Positions 39,718-51,754 of a DNA stretch of 64,000 bases are shown piece after piece (position 1 is the first letter of the stretch; each line of letters begins with the position of its first letter). Under the pieces are notes generated by a model. It searched no databases, was not told where the DNA came from, and was given only the letters and a program-made list of their open reading frames with translations. Made by a program: the position numbers and the translations under genes. The DNA is taken from assembly GCF_004010195.1 (NCBI RefSeq), contig NC_057718.1:14580455-14644454 (forward strand), given 5' to 3'. Source of the stretch: Chiloscyllium plagiosum (Eukaryota).

Positions 39718-42287
39718 GAATGAGGCTTGTGAGCCGAGGTGGTGCTGAGATCAATGGGAAGGGGGGGTGATTCTGGGGGGAAGGTAGCTGAGAGTGTGTT
39801 AGGTAGATGGAGGTGGGAATAATGGTGATAGGTCGGAGAGGAGGGTCGAATGAATAGGTGGGAAAGAAGATGGACAGGTAGGAGAGGTCATGAGGGCGGT
39901 GCCAAGTTGGAAGGTTGGAGCTGGGATAAGGTGGGGGGGAAGGGAAATGAGGAAACTGGTGAAGGAAACATGTGGTTAGAAGTTCCCGAGGTGGACGATT
40001 AGTTTTTCCTCCAGGTATCGGGTGGTTAGGGAGTGGTGATGGAGAAGGCCCAGGACCTGCATGCCCTCGGCAGAGTGGGAAGGGGAGTTGAAGTGTTTGG
40101 CTACGGGCCGATGGGGTTGGTTGGTGCGGGTGTCCCAGAGATGTTCTCTGAAGCACTCTGCATAGGTGTCCTATCTCCCCAGCGTAGAGGAGACGCCTCG
40201 GGAGCAATGGATAGAGTAAATGACGTGTTGAAGTGAAGTAAAACTCTGGTGGATGTGGAAGGCTCCTTTGGGGCCTTGGATAGAGGTGAGGGGGGGAGGT
40301 GTGGGCGCAGGTTTTATAATTCCTGCGGTGGCAGGGAAAGGTGCCGAGAGGCATAGGGGGCGTGGACCTTACAAGGGAGTCGTGGAGGGAATGGTCTTTA
40401 CGGAAAGCGGTTAGGGGTGGAGAGGGAAATATATCCCTGGTGGTGGGAGTCCATTTGTAAGTGGCGGAAATGGTGGAAGATGATACGATATATATGGAGG
40501 TTGGTGGGGTGGAAGGTGAGGACCAGGGGTTCTGTCCTTGTTGCAGTTGCAGGGATAGGATTCAAGAGTGGAGGTGTGGGACATGGATGAGATGTGCTGA
40601 AGGGCATCACTGACCACGTGGGAGGAGAAATTGTGGTCTTTGAAGAAGGAGGCCATCTGGTGTGTTCTGTGTTGGAACTGGTCCTCCTGGGAGCAGATGC
40701 AGCGGAGGCAGAGGAATTGGGAATAAAAGATAATATTTTTACAGGAGGCAGGGTGGGAGAAGGTGTAGTCTAGGTAGCTGTGGGAGTTGGTGGGTTTGTA
40801 GAAGATGTCACTGTTGAGTTAGTCACCATTGATGGAGATGGAGAGGTCCAGGAAGGGGAGGGAGGTGTCTGAGAGGGTCCAGATGAATTTAAGGTTGGGG
40901 TGGAATGTGTTGGTGAAGTTGATGAACTGCTCAACCTCCTCGTGGGAGCACAAGGTGGCACCGATACAGTCATCAATGTAGCGGAGGAGGAGGTGGGGAA
41001 TGGTGCCGGTGTAACTCTGGAAGATGGACTGTTCTGCGTAGCCGACAAAGAGACAGGCATAGCTGGGGGCCCATACGGGTGGTCCCACGAGGAGGTTGAA
41101 CAGTTCATCAACTTCACCAACACATTCCACCCCAACCTTAAGTTCACCTGGACCATCTCGGACACCTCCCTCCCCTTCCTTGACCTCTCCATCTCCATCA
41201 ATGATGACGGATTCAACATCGACATTTCCTACAAACTCACTGACTCCCATTTGCCTCCTGTAAAAACACTCTCCCTTAGTCCCAATTCCTCTGCTGCCGC
41301 TGCATCTGCTCCCAGGAGGATCAGTTCCACCACATGGCCTCCTTCTCCAAAGACCGCAATTTCCCTTCCCATATGGTCGGTGATGCCCTTCAGCACATCT
41401 TATCCACTTCCTGCACCTCCACTCTTGAATCCCACCCCTCCAACTGCAACAAGGACAGATGCCCCCTAGTCCTTACCTTCCACCCCACCAGTCTTCATAT
41501 ACATTGGATCATCTTCTGCCATTTTGGCAACCTACAAACAGACCCTACCACCAGATATATTTCCCTCCCCACCCCGATCCGTTTTCCTTCCCTCCGCGAC
41601 TGCCTTGTCAGGTCCCCATCAACCCACCCTTCCCTCCTGGCACCTTCCTCTGCCACCACAGGAATTGCAAAATCTGCACCCACACCTCTCCCCTCACCTC
41701 CAACCAAGGCCCCAAAGGAGCCTTCCACATCCATCAGAGTTTTACCTGCACTTCCACACATCATTTACTGTATCCATTGTTCCCGATGCGTCTCCTCTAC
41801 GCTGGGGAGACAGGACACCTACTCGCAGAACGCTTCAGGCAACATCTCCAGGACACCCGCACCATCCAACCCCATCAGCTTATGGCCGAACACTTCAAGC
41901 CCCCCTCCTACTCTGCCGAGGACATGCAGGTCCTGGGCCTCCTCCATTGCCACACCCTAACCACACGACGCCTGGAGGAAGAACGCCTCATCTTCCGCCT
42001 TGGGACCCTTCAACCACACAGCATCAACGTGGACTTCACTAATCTCCTCATTCCCCTGCCCCCACCTCATCCCAGTTCCAAAATTCCAAATTGGCACTGC
42101 CCTCATGACTGGTCCTACCTGTCCACCTTCCTTCCACACCTATCCACTCCACCCTCTTCTCCGACCTATCAACGTTACCCCCACCTCTATCTACCTATCG
42201 CACTCTCAGCTATCTTCCTCCCAGCCCCACCACACTCCCCACACCCGCCATTTATTTCACTATCCCCTCGGTTCACAAGCCTCATTC

Positions 42288-42315
42288 CTGATGAAGGGCT
42301 TTTGCCTGAAATGTC
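42288..42315 (+). ncRNA. Minimal hammerhead motif, partly decayed
   Basis: CTGATGA-A-GGGC-TTTT-GCCT-GAAATGTC, with two CpG-type transitions relative to 30831-30858. Confidence 0.55.
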
Positions 42316-43077
42316 GATTCTCCTGCTCCTCGGATGCTGCTTGACCTGCTGTGCTTTTTCAGCACCAAAACCCTCGACCCAGGCTCTCACTTCTAACAGC
42401 TGGTACGTCTGGCATCTAGAAAACTCTCCAGTGGAAGTGGAAGATTCCATGGCATTATCTCAAAGAGGAGCAGGGGGTAGTTTAACCAGTGCCCAGGCCA
42501 AATATTTATTGCTCAGTCAAAATCACAAGAAAATAGGTGATCTACGTATTATCGCTTTGCAGCTTCTGGGAGCTTGTTGTGTTTGAATTAGCTGTGGTGT
42601 CTTCTACAAAATTGACTTCAAAAGTACTTCACTCACTTTGGAATGAATTGAAAGGCACTATAGGAATGCATGAACTTTTTTTTATATAAACATGTTTCCT
42701 CTAAAGGGTGTAGGGATGAAGAGGAGCTCTGGGTAGGTTGCTCCACTCTCTTAACCCTGAGACCAGCATTGTCGTGTATCTGAGATTCACTGAGCAGGTA
42801 TTAACCTGGGTGCTCCCATTACTCAAGAAATACATTAAATGCACCATGGAACAAGCAGCCTTCTTTTAACTTGCAAATGTCTGGGGGCAATCGTTTGCCA
42901 GATTGAGGTCACCAACTGTGTTTTGTTGGGACCACTTCGGAATGGCCTAATATAGCCTAATATCCTCTCCTTCTCCCCCTCACCTGCTGCAGTAAGTGTG
43001 AGGAGTTCATGGATTTCTCTGTTACTAAGATAGACAGCACTGTCCCTCCCTTTCAGTAGCCCTCGTGGCCAAACCTC

Positions 43078-43360
43078 CTCCTCGGACAAGTCAAACAGAT
43101 ACATGCACGGGAATTCCTAGATGTGTGGCATTCCAACCGGAACTCTATCAACAAACACATCGATTTGGACCCCATCTACTGCCCTCTGAGGAAAAGATCA
43201 GGAAATGACATCACCAACCCAAGGAAACCTAAGCACATAAACAGAAAGCAGGACATAACACCAGCACTTCACCAGAGGCTCACTAAAGATGTTACCTAGT
43301 ATGGTGACAAAACTTCTGAAAATGAACCTTACAGCTCAGTGAGCAAACTTACATCCAGCT
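43078..43360 (+). mobile_element. Penelope-like element (family 3) GIY-YIG C-terminus and 3' end, with a decayed hammerhead-like motif at about 43283-43317
   Basis: LGQVKQIHAREFLDVWHSNRNSINKHIDLDPIY, and CTAAAGA-TGTTACC-TAGTAT-GGTGAC-AAAACTTC. Confidence 0.65.
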
Positions 43361-43796
43361 CTTCTAATGCCTATCGTTCCCTAGCCCTGAACATATATAT
43401 CTTTTTCCAATTCCTCTCCTACATTCACTCGCTGTTTTTCTGATCTCATCTTGTCCTCAAAGTGTACTTCCAATGTTCAAGGCCCTCTCCTTCACTAAAC
43501 CCATGTTCCCTCCTCTTCGACACAGATGATCAAGCATCCTCCTCCGGTGGCTCTCCACTGTCACCCAACCAATTGGGACTGCCCTTGCAAAGTTCCTTCA
43601 TATCTATCTAATCAGAGGGGCACTTGCAATGACTTCTCTCCCTTGGTCCTGCACCCTTACCTCTGGTGACTTCCAAGGTCCTATCCTTGACCTCATCCTA
43701 TGTCTTATCCACATGAGCAGAAATTTCCTCCAGTTAGAAGTTGGGAAGGTTGAAACTGTTTTTGGTTCCTAATCTAAACTCTGTTCTAAACTACTG

Positions 43797-44095
43797 GGCA
43801 GCACGGTGGCTTAGTAGTTAGCACTGCTGCCTGCGAGTCCCAAGGATCTGGGTTCAATTCCTGCTTCGGGCAATGGTCTGTGTGGAGTTTGCATGTACTG
43901 CCTGTATCTACGTGGGTCTCCTCTGGGTGCTGCAGTTTCCTCCTACTGTCCAAAGATGTGCAGGTTAGGTGGATTGGACTGGCTAAATGTGGGGTTACAG
44001 GGATAAGGCAGGGGAGCTTGGGTATGGGTGGGATGCTCTTCCAAGGATTAGTGCAGACTCGATGGGCTAAATGGCCTCTTTCTGCACTGGAGGGT
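43797..44095 (+). mobile_element. HE1-type SINE
   Basis: gggcagcacggtggcttagtagttagc...gggttcaattcc, V-domain and CR1-like 3' end. Confidence 0.8.
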
Positions 44096-44244
44096 CCTGC
44101 CACAGTTGTGAGATTAAACCAGTTTGTTTGCAAGCTTCATGTCACATTTTACCTTGAGGTGTGTGTCTAACCTCACAGTCATTCCAATACTATGACCAAT
44201 TATTTCCACCACTGTAACAATGTCAACCCAATCTCATGATGTGC

Positions 44245-44716
44245 AGGTGCCAAAGTTGGACTGGGGTGGACAAAGTTAACAATCTCACCACACAGGCTAT
44301 AGTCCAACAGGTTTAGATTAGATTAGATTACTTACAGTGTGGAAACAGGCCCTTCGGCCCACACCGACCCGCAGAAGCGCAACCCACCCAGACCCATTCC
44401 CCTACATTTTACCCCTTCACCTAACACTACGGCCAATTTAGCATGGCCAATTTACCTCACCTGCACATTTTTGGACTGTGGGAGGAAACCGGAGCACCCA
44501 GAGGAAATCCACGCAGACACGGGGAGAATGTGCAAACTCCACACAGTCAGTTGCCTGAGGCGGGAATTGAACCCGGGTCTCTGGCGCTGTGAGGCAGCAG
44601 TGCTAACCACTGTTTTCGGAGCTAGTCTACCTGATGAAGGAACAGTGCTCTGAAAGCTAGTGCTTTCAAATAAACCTATTGGACTATAACCTGGTGTAGT
44701 GTGATTTTTAACTTTA
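44245..44716. mobile_element. Fold-back Penelope-like terminus (family 2) split by an HE1 SINE (44315-44613, minus); hammerhead motif at 44631-44659 (+)
   Basis: Left arm ggactggggtggacaaagttaacaatc...tatagtccaacaggttt is inverted to right arm aaacctattggactataacctggtg...gtgatttttaacttt. Motif reads CTGATGA-AGGAACAGTGCTCT-GAAAGCTA. Confidence 0.7.
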
Positions 44717-45119
44717 ACCTTAATCAACTCACCTTCTACTTAAACCCTCTAGCTTTGTCTGTTCCAATGGACATGTGGTTGGTCTTTCATATTCTAATCT
44801 CTATAAAGTGGAGGTCATCCAAAACTCTGTGTCCTCATTCTCTTCAGAGGGTCTCCTCTGCTGGTTGACCTACTTTGGCTTAACGCCAATCAACCAACAT
44901 CTTGATTATCGAATTCACATCCATGGTTTTCAATCCCTGCATTGCCTCACCTTCACCCCACCAGCCGGATCTCCATAATCTCCTTCTATCCCACACCCTG
45001 AGGAGATATCTGTGCTCCTCTGACTCTGACCTCTTGTACATCCCTGATTTTAATCAGTCCACCACCAGTAGTGAGCTCCTTCCATCTCTCTGCCCCTCTA
45101 CCTGACCTTCTCCCATTAA

Positions 45120-45288
45120 TTGGGAGATGCCGGTGTTGGACTGGGGTGTACACAAAATTAAAAATCACACCAAACCAGGTTATCGTCTAACAGGTTTATT
45201 TGGAAGCACAAGAGGCCAGCGGTCCGAAAGCTAGTGCTTCCAAATAAACCTGATGGACTGCAACCTGGTGTGGTGTGATTTTTAACTG
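45120..45288. mobile_element. 169-bp fold-back Penelope-like insertion (family 2) with an 11-bp TSD, inside a decayed L2-like 3' end
   Basis: TCTCCCATTAA at 45109-45119 and 45289-45299. Arms at about 45158-45209 and 45234-45286 are inverted. Confidence 0.75.
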
Positions 45289-46909
45289 TCTCCCATTAAG
45301 GTAGTCTTTAAAACCTACATTTTTGGCTACTTTTTTTTTAGTTAGCTCAGCGAGTATCTCCTTGAGTGACTAGATTTTGCTTCAGTAAGGTGCCTGTGAA
45401 GCCATTTGGATCATTTCATTATGTTGGTGGGGGGGGGCGGTGGCACATAAGTTTCAGTTATTATGTGGGTACAACACAACAGCGGCGTGTTATACACCTG
45501 CCCTCAATGCGGGTACCAGGTATCAGTGAGTGTGAAATGGGAGGAAAGTGCCCCACGCTGTGCCTTGTTATTTAGGCAGCTCAGTGCCAGAGCCTTGCTT
45601 CATCTCAGTAACTCCCTCACTTCCCAGCACCGCATCTGCAGGCAAGTCACATCCAAATATGGGGCACATCCCTCGCGAGTATAGGTTACAAGCGGCATTT
45701 TATATTCTGTCAATTAGAATTGAAAGCAGCCATTAATTATCTAAAGCCCAAACAGTAAAATCCATGTAATCCATTTAACTGAGGCTTAGCGCCGCTGAAT
45801 TCATTAGGAGCGCTGTGTAAATACAAATTCCCTCTCCTTCTTTACATAATAGCTGTGATAACAAAAGGATTTCAGCGTGCAGCCTTGTGCCTCAAGGACC
45901 AGGGGGAGAGAGAGAGTTTGTGGCTTAAGTAACAACAACACGCCCCAGTGATAAGGACGTGTATGTGCCAGCCTGGGCTGTGGTTATTTGTACCTGGCAT
46001 TTTCCAGTGTCAGACTGCTGCAGCAAACCCCATACTGGGGAAGCCCGATAAGCTTAATGTGTGCAGTGTGTGGCCTGAGGTTCGAGGTTGTCACAGTGCT
46101 GGTACACAAATACCTTCACAATACATTTCCCCACTGGTGTGACTATACTGCAGGTATGGTGTGGTCAGGCCAACAACAGCTTCGCTAAAACCTTTGCTGA
46201 CAATTACCCTCCGACCAAGGATCGGCTGATTAGATTTTACTATCTGATTTTAGAGAAATAAAAAGGAAGTGGTCTATTGTAAGGTTCCTTTCGTAGTCTC
46301 AGCAAGCCCCAAAGTCTATTCAGGCTAACAAAGTACTTTTGAAATGGAGTTACTGTCGCAGGAAATGCAGCAGCCAACCGGTGCACAGCAAGCTCCCATT
46401 AACAGCAAGATTAGAATTAGAGTTAGGTTAAACTCCAATGTGATAATGTCCAGACCATCTGCCCTTTCCTAACGTCGATTTGAGATAAATATTGGCTGGG
46501 ATACTGGAAAGGACTCCCCGACTCTTTGGAACAGCATCGTGGTGTTCTCTTAACACGTCTCCAAGAAATCAAGGCCGGGGTCTGTGTTTAATGTCTTATC
46601 CGAGAGAGGCCTTCAGTCATCATGTTTAGTATCTCTTATTCCTCACCGAGTGCACCACTGGCTGTGAAGTGCTCTGGGATGTTGCAGTTCTAGTTATTTC
46701 AATGGTGATTTATTTATATGATCATGAGCAGAACTTTCATCGCACAGATTTCATTGGGAGCAGCTGGATAGCGTGCCTGAAACCTGACAGAGGTCTGTGA
46801 TAATTCACGGTGCTGCATACAATGGAGGGGGGGACATTTGCTTCAAGGATGGTACTGACCAATCATTGGAGCTGGCAGTACTCACCCACTCTTCGAGTTA
46901 ACTGCCTGA

Positions 46910-48555
46910 GTAGGACAGGATGTGCATGTAGTTGGAAAGGCAAGGACTAACTAGGGGTAGTCAACATGGCTTTGTGCGTGGGAAATCATGTCTCACAAAC
47001 TTGATTGAGTTTTTTGAAGAAGTAACAAAGAGGATTGATGAGGGCAGAGCAGTAGATGTGATCTATATGGACTTCAGTAAGGCGTTCGACAAGGTTCCCC
47101 ATGGGAGACTGATGAGCAAGGATAGCTTTCATGGAATAAAGGGAGAACAAGCCATTTGGATACAGAACTGGCTCAAAGGTAGAAGACAGAGGGTGGTGAT
47201 GGAGGGTTGTTTTTCAGACTGGAGGCCTGTGACNNNNNNNNNNNNNNNNNNNNNNNNNNNNNNNNNNNNNNNNNNNNNNNNNNNNNNNNNNNNNNNNNNN
47301 NNNNNNNNNNNNNNNNNNNNNNNNNNNNNNNNNNNNNNNNNNNNNNNNNNNNNNNNNNNNNNNNNNNNNNNNNNNNNNNNNNNNNNNNNNNNNNNNNNNN
47401 NNNNNNNNNNNNNNNNNNNNNNNNNNNNNNNNNNNNNNNNNNNNNNNNNNNNNNNNNNNNNNNNNNNNNNNNNNNNNNNNNNNNNNNNNNNNNNNNNNNN
47501 NNNNNNNNNNNNNNNNNNNNNNNNNNNNNNNNNNNNNNNNNNNNNNNNNNNNNNNNNNNNNNNNNNNNNNNNNNNNNNNNNNNNNNNNNNNNNNNNNNNN
47601 NNNNNNNNNNNNNNNNNNNNNNNNNNNNNNNNNNNNNNNNNNNNNNNNNNNNNNNNNNNNNNNNNNNNNNNNNNNNNNNNNNNNNNNNNNNNNNNNNNNN
47701 NNNNNNNNNNNNNNNNNNNNNNNNNNNNNNNNNNNNNNNNNNNNNNNNNNNNNNNNNNNNNNNNNNNNNNNNNNNNNNNNNNNNNNNNNNNNNNNNNNNN
47801 NNNNNNNNNNNNNNNNNNNNNNNNNNNNNNNNNNNNNNNNNNNNNNNNNNNNNNNNNNNNNNNNNNNNNNNNNNNNNNNNNNNNNNNNNNNNNNNNNNNN
47901 NNNNNNNNNNNNNNNNNNNNNNNNNNNNNNNNNNNNNNNNNNNNNNNNNNNNNNNNNNNNNNNNNNNNNNNNNNNNNNNNNNNNNNNNNNNNNNNNNNNN
48001 NNNNNNNNNNNNNNNNNNNNNNNNNNNNNNNNNNNNNNNNNNNNNNNNNNNNNNNNNNNNNNNNNNNNNNNNNNNNNNNNNNNNNNNNNNNNNNNNNNNN
48101 NNNNNNNGAGAGGTTGAACAGGCTGGGGCTGTTTTCCCTGGAGCGACGGAAGCTGAGGGGTGACCTTATAGAGGTTTACAAGATTATGAGGGACATGGAT
48201 AGGATAAATAGACAAAGTCTTTTCCCTGGGGTGGGGGTGGGGGGTGGGGAGTCCAGAACTAGAGGGCACAGGTTTAGGGTGAGAGGGGAAAGATATAAAA
48301 GGGACCTAAGGGACAACGTTTTCACGCAGACGTTGGTACAAGTATGGAATGAGCTGCCAGAGGATGTGGTGGAGGCTGGTACAATTGCAACATTTAAAAG
48401 GCATCTGGATGTGTATATGAATAGGAAGGGTTAGGAGGGATATGAGCCAAGTGCTGGCAGGTGGGACTAGATTGGGTTGGGATATCTGGTCGGCATGGGC
48501 GGGTTGGACCGAAGGGTTTGTTTCCTTGCTGTGCGTCTCTGTGACTCTCTGACTC
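46910..48555 (+). mobile_element. CR1 (HER1-type) LINE RT region to 3' end, gapped
   Basis: ORF 46932..48434: SQHGFVRGKSCLTNLIEFF, VDVIYMDFSKAFDKVPH, LFSLERRKLRGDLIEVYKI, WNELP, with a (GACTCT)n tail. Confidence 0.92.
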
Positions 48556-48969
48556 TAACTGAAGCTGGACAAAGTGATAAGAGTCGGTTAAACTCCACTG
48601 TGTAACTAATACACCGACCTCGAGTCAATCCTGTGGGTGGTTGACCTTTGGAGCGAGGATGACAGCATCTGGGGCCTTTGAACATGGGGACTCAGAGATG
48701 CTACAGATCCAACAATGAACAGGCAGCTCCCCCACTCTGACTGCCTGCCACGTGACTGATAGTTAACCTGTATGACCGCTTTATGACACATGGGTCTGCT
48801 TGACAACCTTCTATCCAGGTTCCTGGCCTTACAGATCTAGTGTGTTCCTTAGAGAACAGCAGGGTTCATTTCTCAGCTTGCAACTGTAAAACTCTGGTTA
48901 TGTGCATTCATTGGTTGGTTTGAAGATCTAATAATCACAGAACATTTGCTATATCTTATAGATTGCTCT

Positions 48970-50258
48970 TACAACATGGTAGCTGTAACCGGAACAAGAC
49001 AGCTGTAACCATAACATGGGGGCTGCAACGAGAACATGGTGCCTATAACTGGAATATGGGGACTGTAACCAGACCATGGCGATTGTAAATAGAAAATGGG
49101 GCTGTAACCAGAACATAGCACCCATATCTGGAACATAGGGGTTGTAACTAGAACGTGGGGCTGTAACCAGAACATGGTGACTATAACTGGAACATGGGGC
49201 TGTAACTGGAACATGGGTACTGTAACCAGAACATGGCGACTATAACTGGAACATGGAGTTGTAACCAGAACATAGACCTGTACCTGGAACTTAGGGGTTG
49301 TAACCAGAATGTGGCAGCTGTAACCAGAACATAGCACCTATAACTGGAACTTGGGCACTGTAACCAGAACATGGGTCTGTAACCACAACATGGCGGCTGT
49401 AACCAGAACATGGAGGCTGTAACTGGAACATGGAGGCTTTATTAAGAACATGGGGGCTGTATTAAGAACATGGCGGCTGTATTAAGAACATGGCGGCTGT
49501 AACTGGAACATGAAGGCTGCAACTGGAACATGGCGGCTGTGACTGGAACATGAGGGCTGTAACCGGCACATGGCGGCTGTAACTGGAACATGGCGGTTTT
49601 ATTAAGAACATGGCAGCTGTAACTGGAACAAGGAGGCTTTATTAAGAACATGGCAGCTGTAACTGGAACATGGAGGCTTTATTAAGAACATGGCGGCTGT
49701 AACTGAAACATGGGGGCTGTATTAAGAACATGGCGGCTGTGACTGGAACATGAGGGCTGTAACCTGAACATGGTGGCTGTAACTGGAACATGGTGGCTTT
49801 ATTAAGAACATGGGGGCTGTATTAAGAACATGGCGGCTGTGACTGGAACATGAGGAGTGTAACCGGAACATGGTGGCTGTAACTGGAACATGGTGGCTTT
49901 ATTAAGAACATGGCGGCTGTAACTGGAACATGGAGGCTTTATTAAGAACATGACGGCTGTAACTGGAACATGGCGGCTTTATTAAGAACATGGCAGCTGT
50001 AACTGGAACATGGCGGCTGTAACTGGAACATGGCGGCTTTATTAAGAACATGGCGGCTGTAACTGGAACATGGAGGCTTTATTAAAAACATGGTGGCTGT
50101 AACTGGAACATGGGGGCTGTATTAAGAACATGGAGGCTGTAACTGGAACATGGGGGCTATAACCAGAACATGGTGGCTGTAACCACAACAAGGCGGCTGT
50201 AACTAGAACATAGGGGCTGTAACTGGAACATGGATGCTGTAACAGGAACACGGCAGCT
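48970..50258. repeat. 20-bp minisatellite (AACTGGAACATGGCGGCTGT / ATTAAGAACATGGCGGCTGT)
   Basis: Strict 20-bp register at about 49380-50250, with more degenerate 19-20 bp units at 48970-49380. Confidence 0.95.
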
Positions 50259-51754
50259 GAATAGGCAATTTTCCAGACTATCTACCAGAGGAAGGAGGAA
50301 CGTTTCCTGGCAGTCAGTGTTTTAGGTTTGGAAGGCACTGCCTCAGACGGGATGGAGGCAGGTTCAATTGAAACCTTCAAGAAAGACTTGGATTATTACC
50401 TGAAAGGCAAGATTGGAGAGAAGGTGCGGGACTGGGACTAAGCGAATGGCTATCACAAGGAGCCAGTATAGTCACGAGGAGCTGAATGGTCTCCGCCTGT
50501 GATGTCACAGTTCTGTGATTCTTCAAACTGGGCTCTGTGCATATGTGAAGTTGGTCAGTTTGTGAGTTTCTCTCCATTAGAGCAACATCTTGCAGAGTGT
50601 GAATCATCCCATCCTCAGTGATGGACTAGGGGGCCTGAGTTCCACCATTGAATAGGCCTCTAGGCAGATATCTAATGGGGATAAGCACCACATGCAGCAG
50701 CAGCAGCTCAGGCAGCAATCCAGACGCTCTGCTGTCCCCAACTCACCCCGTGGGCCGGACACAGTGCGATTCATTTCCTCAAAATCTCACCCCGAGCTGC
50801 ACCAAAGAAGAGAGAAAATGGAGGCTGACCTGTCGGGGTCAGGGGAAGACCATGTCAGGACGCGGTATCAACTTAAGAGCACATCCCCAGGCCTCAGGGG
50901 CAAGAACAGAGGTCTGAGAACTTACAGGCCTTCCCTTTTGAACTGTGGGATCCCGAGGTGGCTTGGGAAATGCGGGACAATGCAAAAACAAGAGACGACA
51001 TCTGGAATTGGCAGATGCTTGTACAAATACAATTAGAGGGCATCTGGAGGGCTGCATGAATGGAAAGGATTTAGAGGGATACCAAAAATTGGCAAATGAG
51101 ACGAGGTCAGATTGGGATATTTGTTAGCACGAATGTGTTTGCTTCTGCGCTGCATACTCTATGAATGTGACTCTATAACATTATGAACTAACAGAGAAAC
51201 AAAATCCAAGTTGTGAACTAATCTCTTTGGGCTCAATACTCCAGTCTGATGTATTGAACAGACGGACTATTTGCGAGTGAGCATCCAGTCCTCGGTGGGA
51301 ACATTCAGCCCCATTCACCACGCACTACCCACTTGCTGCCAGATCAGGAGTGGCCAAATTTCCTGACCTCCCCCCCCACCCGCCTCACCCCACAGGACCC
51401 CCAATATCCAGTCAAAAGGTGAAGCAAGCCAGCGACCATTTCTTAACCCTGCCACGAAACCATCTTTTGGGTCCAATACATTCATGCTCCTTGCAACAGT
51501 ACCTCTTGTTGCCAATATTCTTTTCTCAGTTTGCAAGCTCTCGAGAAACCTGCTGCCCTCAGCCAGTTTCAGCACTGATTGATTGGCACTGGGTGAGGGC
51601 TCCCAGCCACAGCTCTGTCCAGGTGGTCCAATCTGTTTGCCCACAGTTGCACTTGGCACGTATTACTCAGCTAGGTCATGTTACACCTCACAGAGACAGT
51701 CTCTCACCTTCCCTGGACTCCTGCCCAACCTGCTTTCTTAACCCATTTAACCAG

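Larger units (their letters stand above)
39591..42379. mobile_element. Fold-back Penelope-like element (RT plus GIY-YIG remnants): minus arm 39591-41080, plus arm 41083-42379; 15-bp TSD
   Basis: RT motifs PSYACLFVG, LRYIDD and FHPNLKFT...LPFLDL. GIY-YIG motifs IYCIHCSRC, LYAGETG..L.ERF..H and EERLIFRLGTLQP. CAGG(T/C)TCTCACTTCT at 39576-39590 and 42380-42394. Frameshifted in both arms. Confidence 0.9.
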
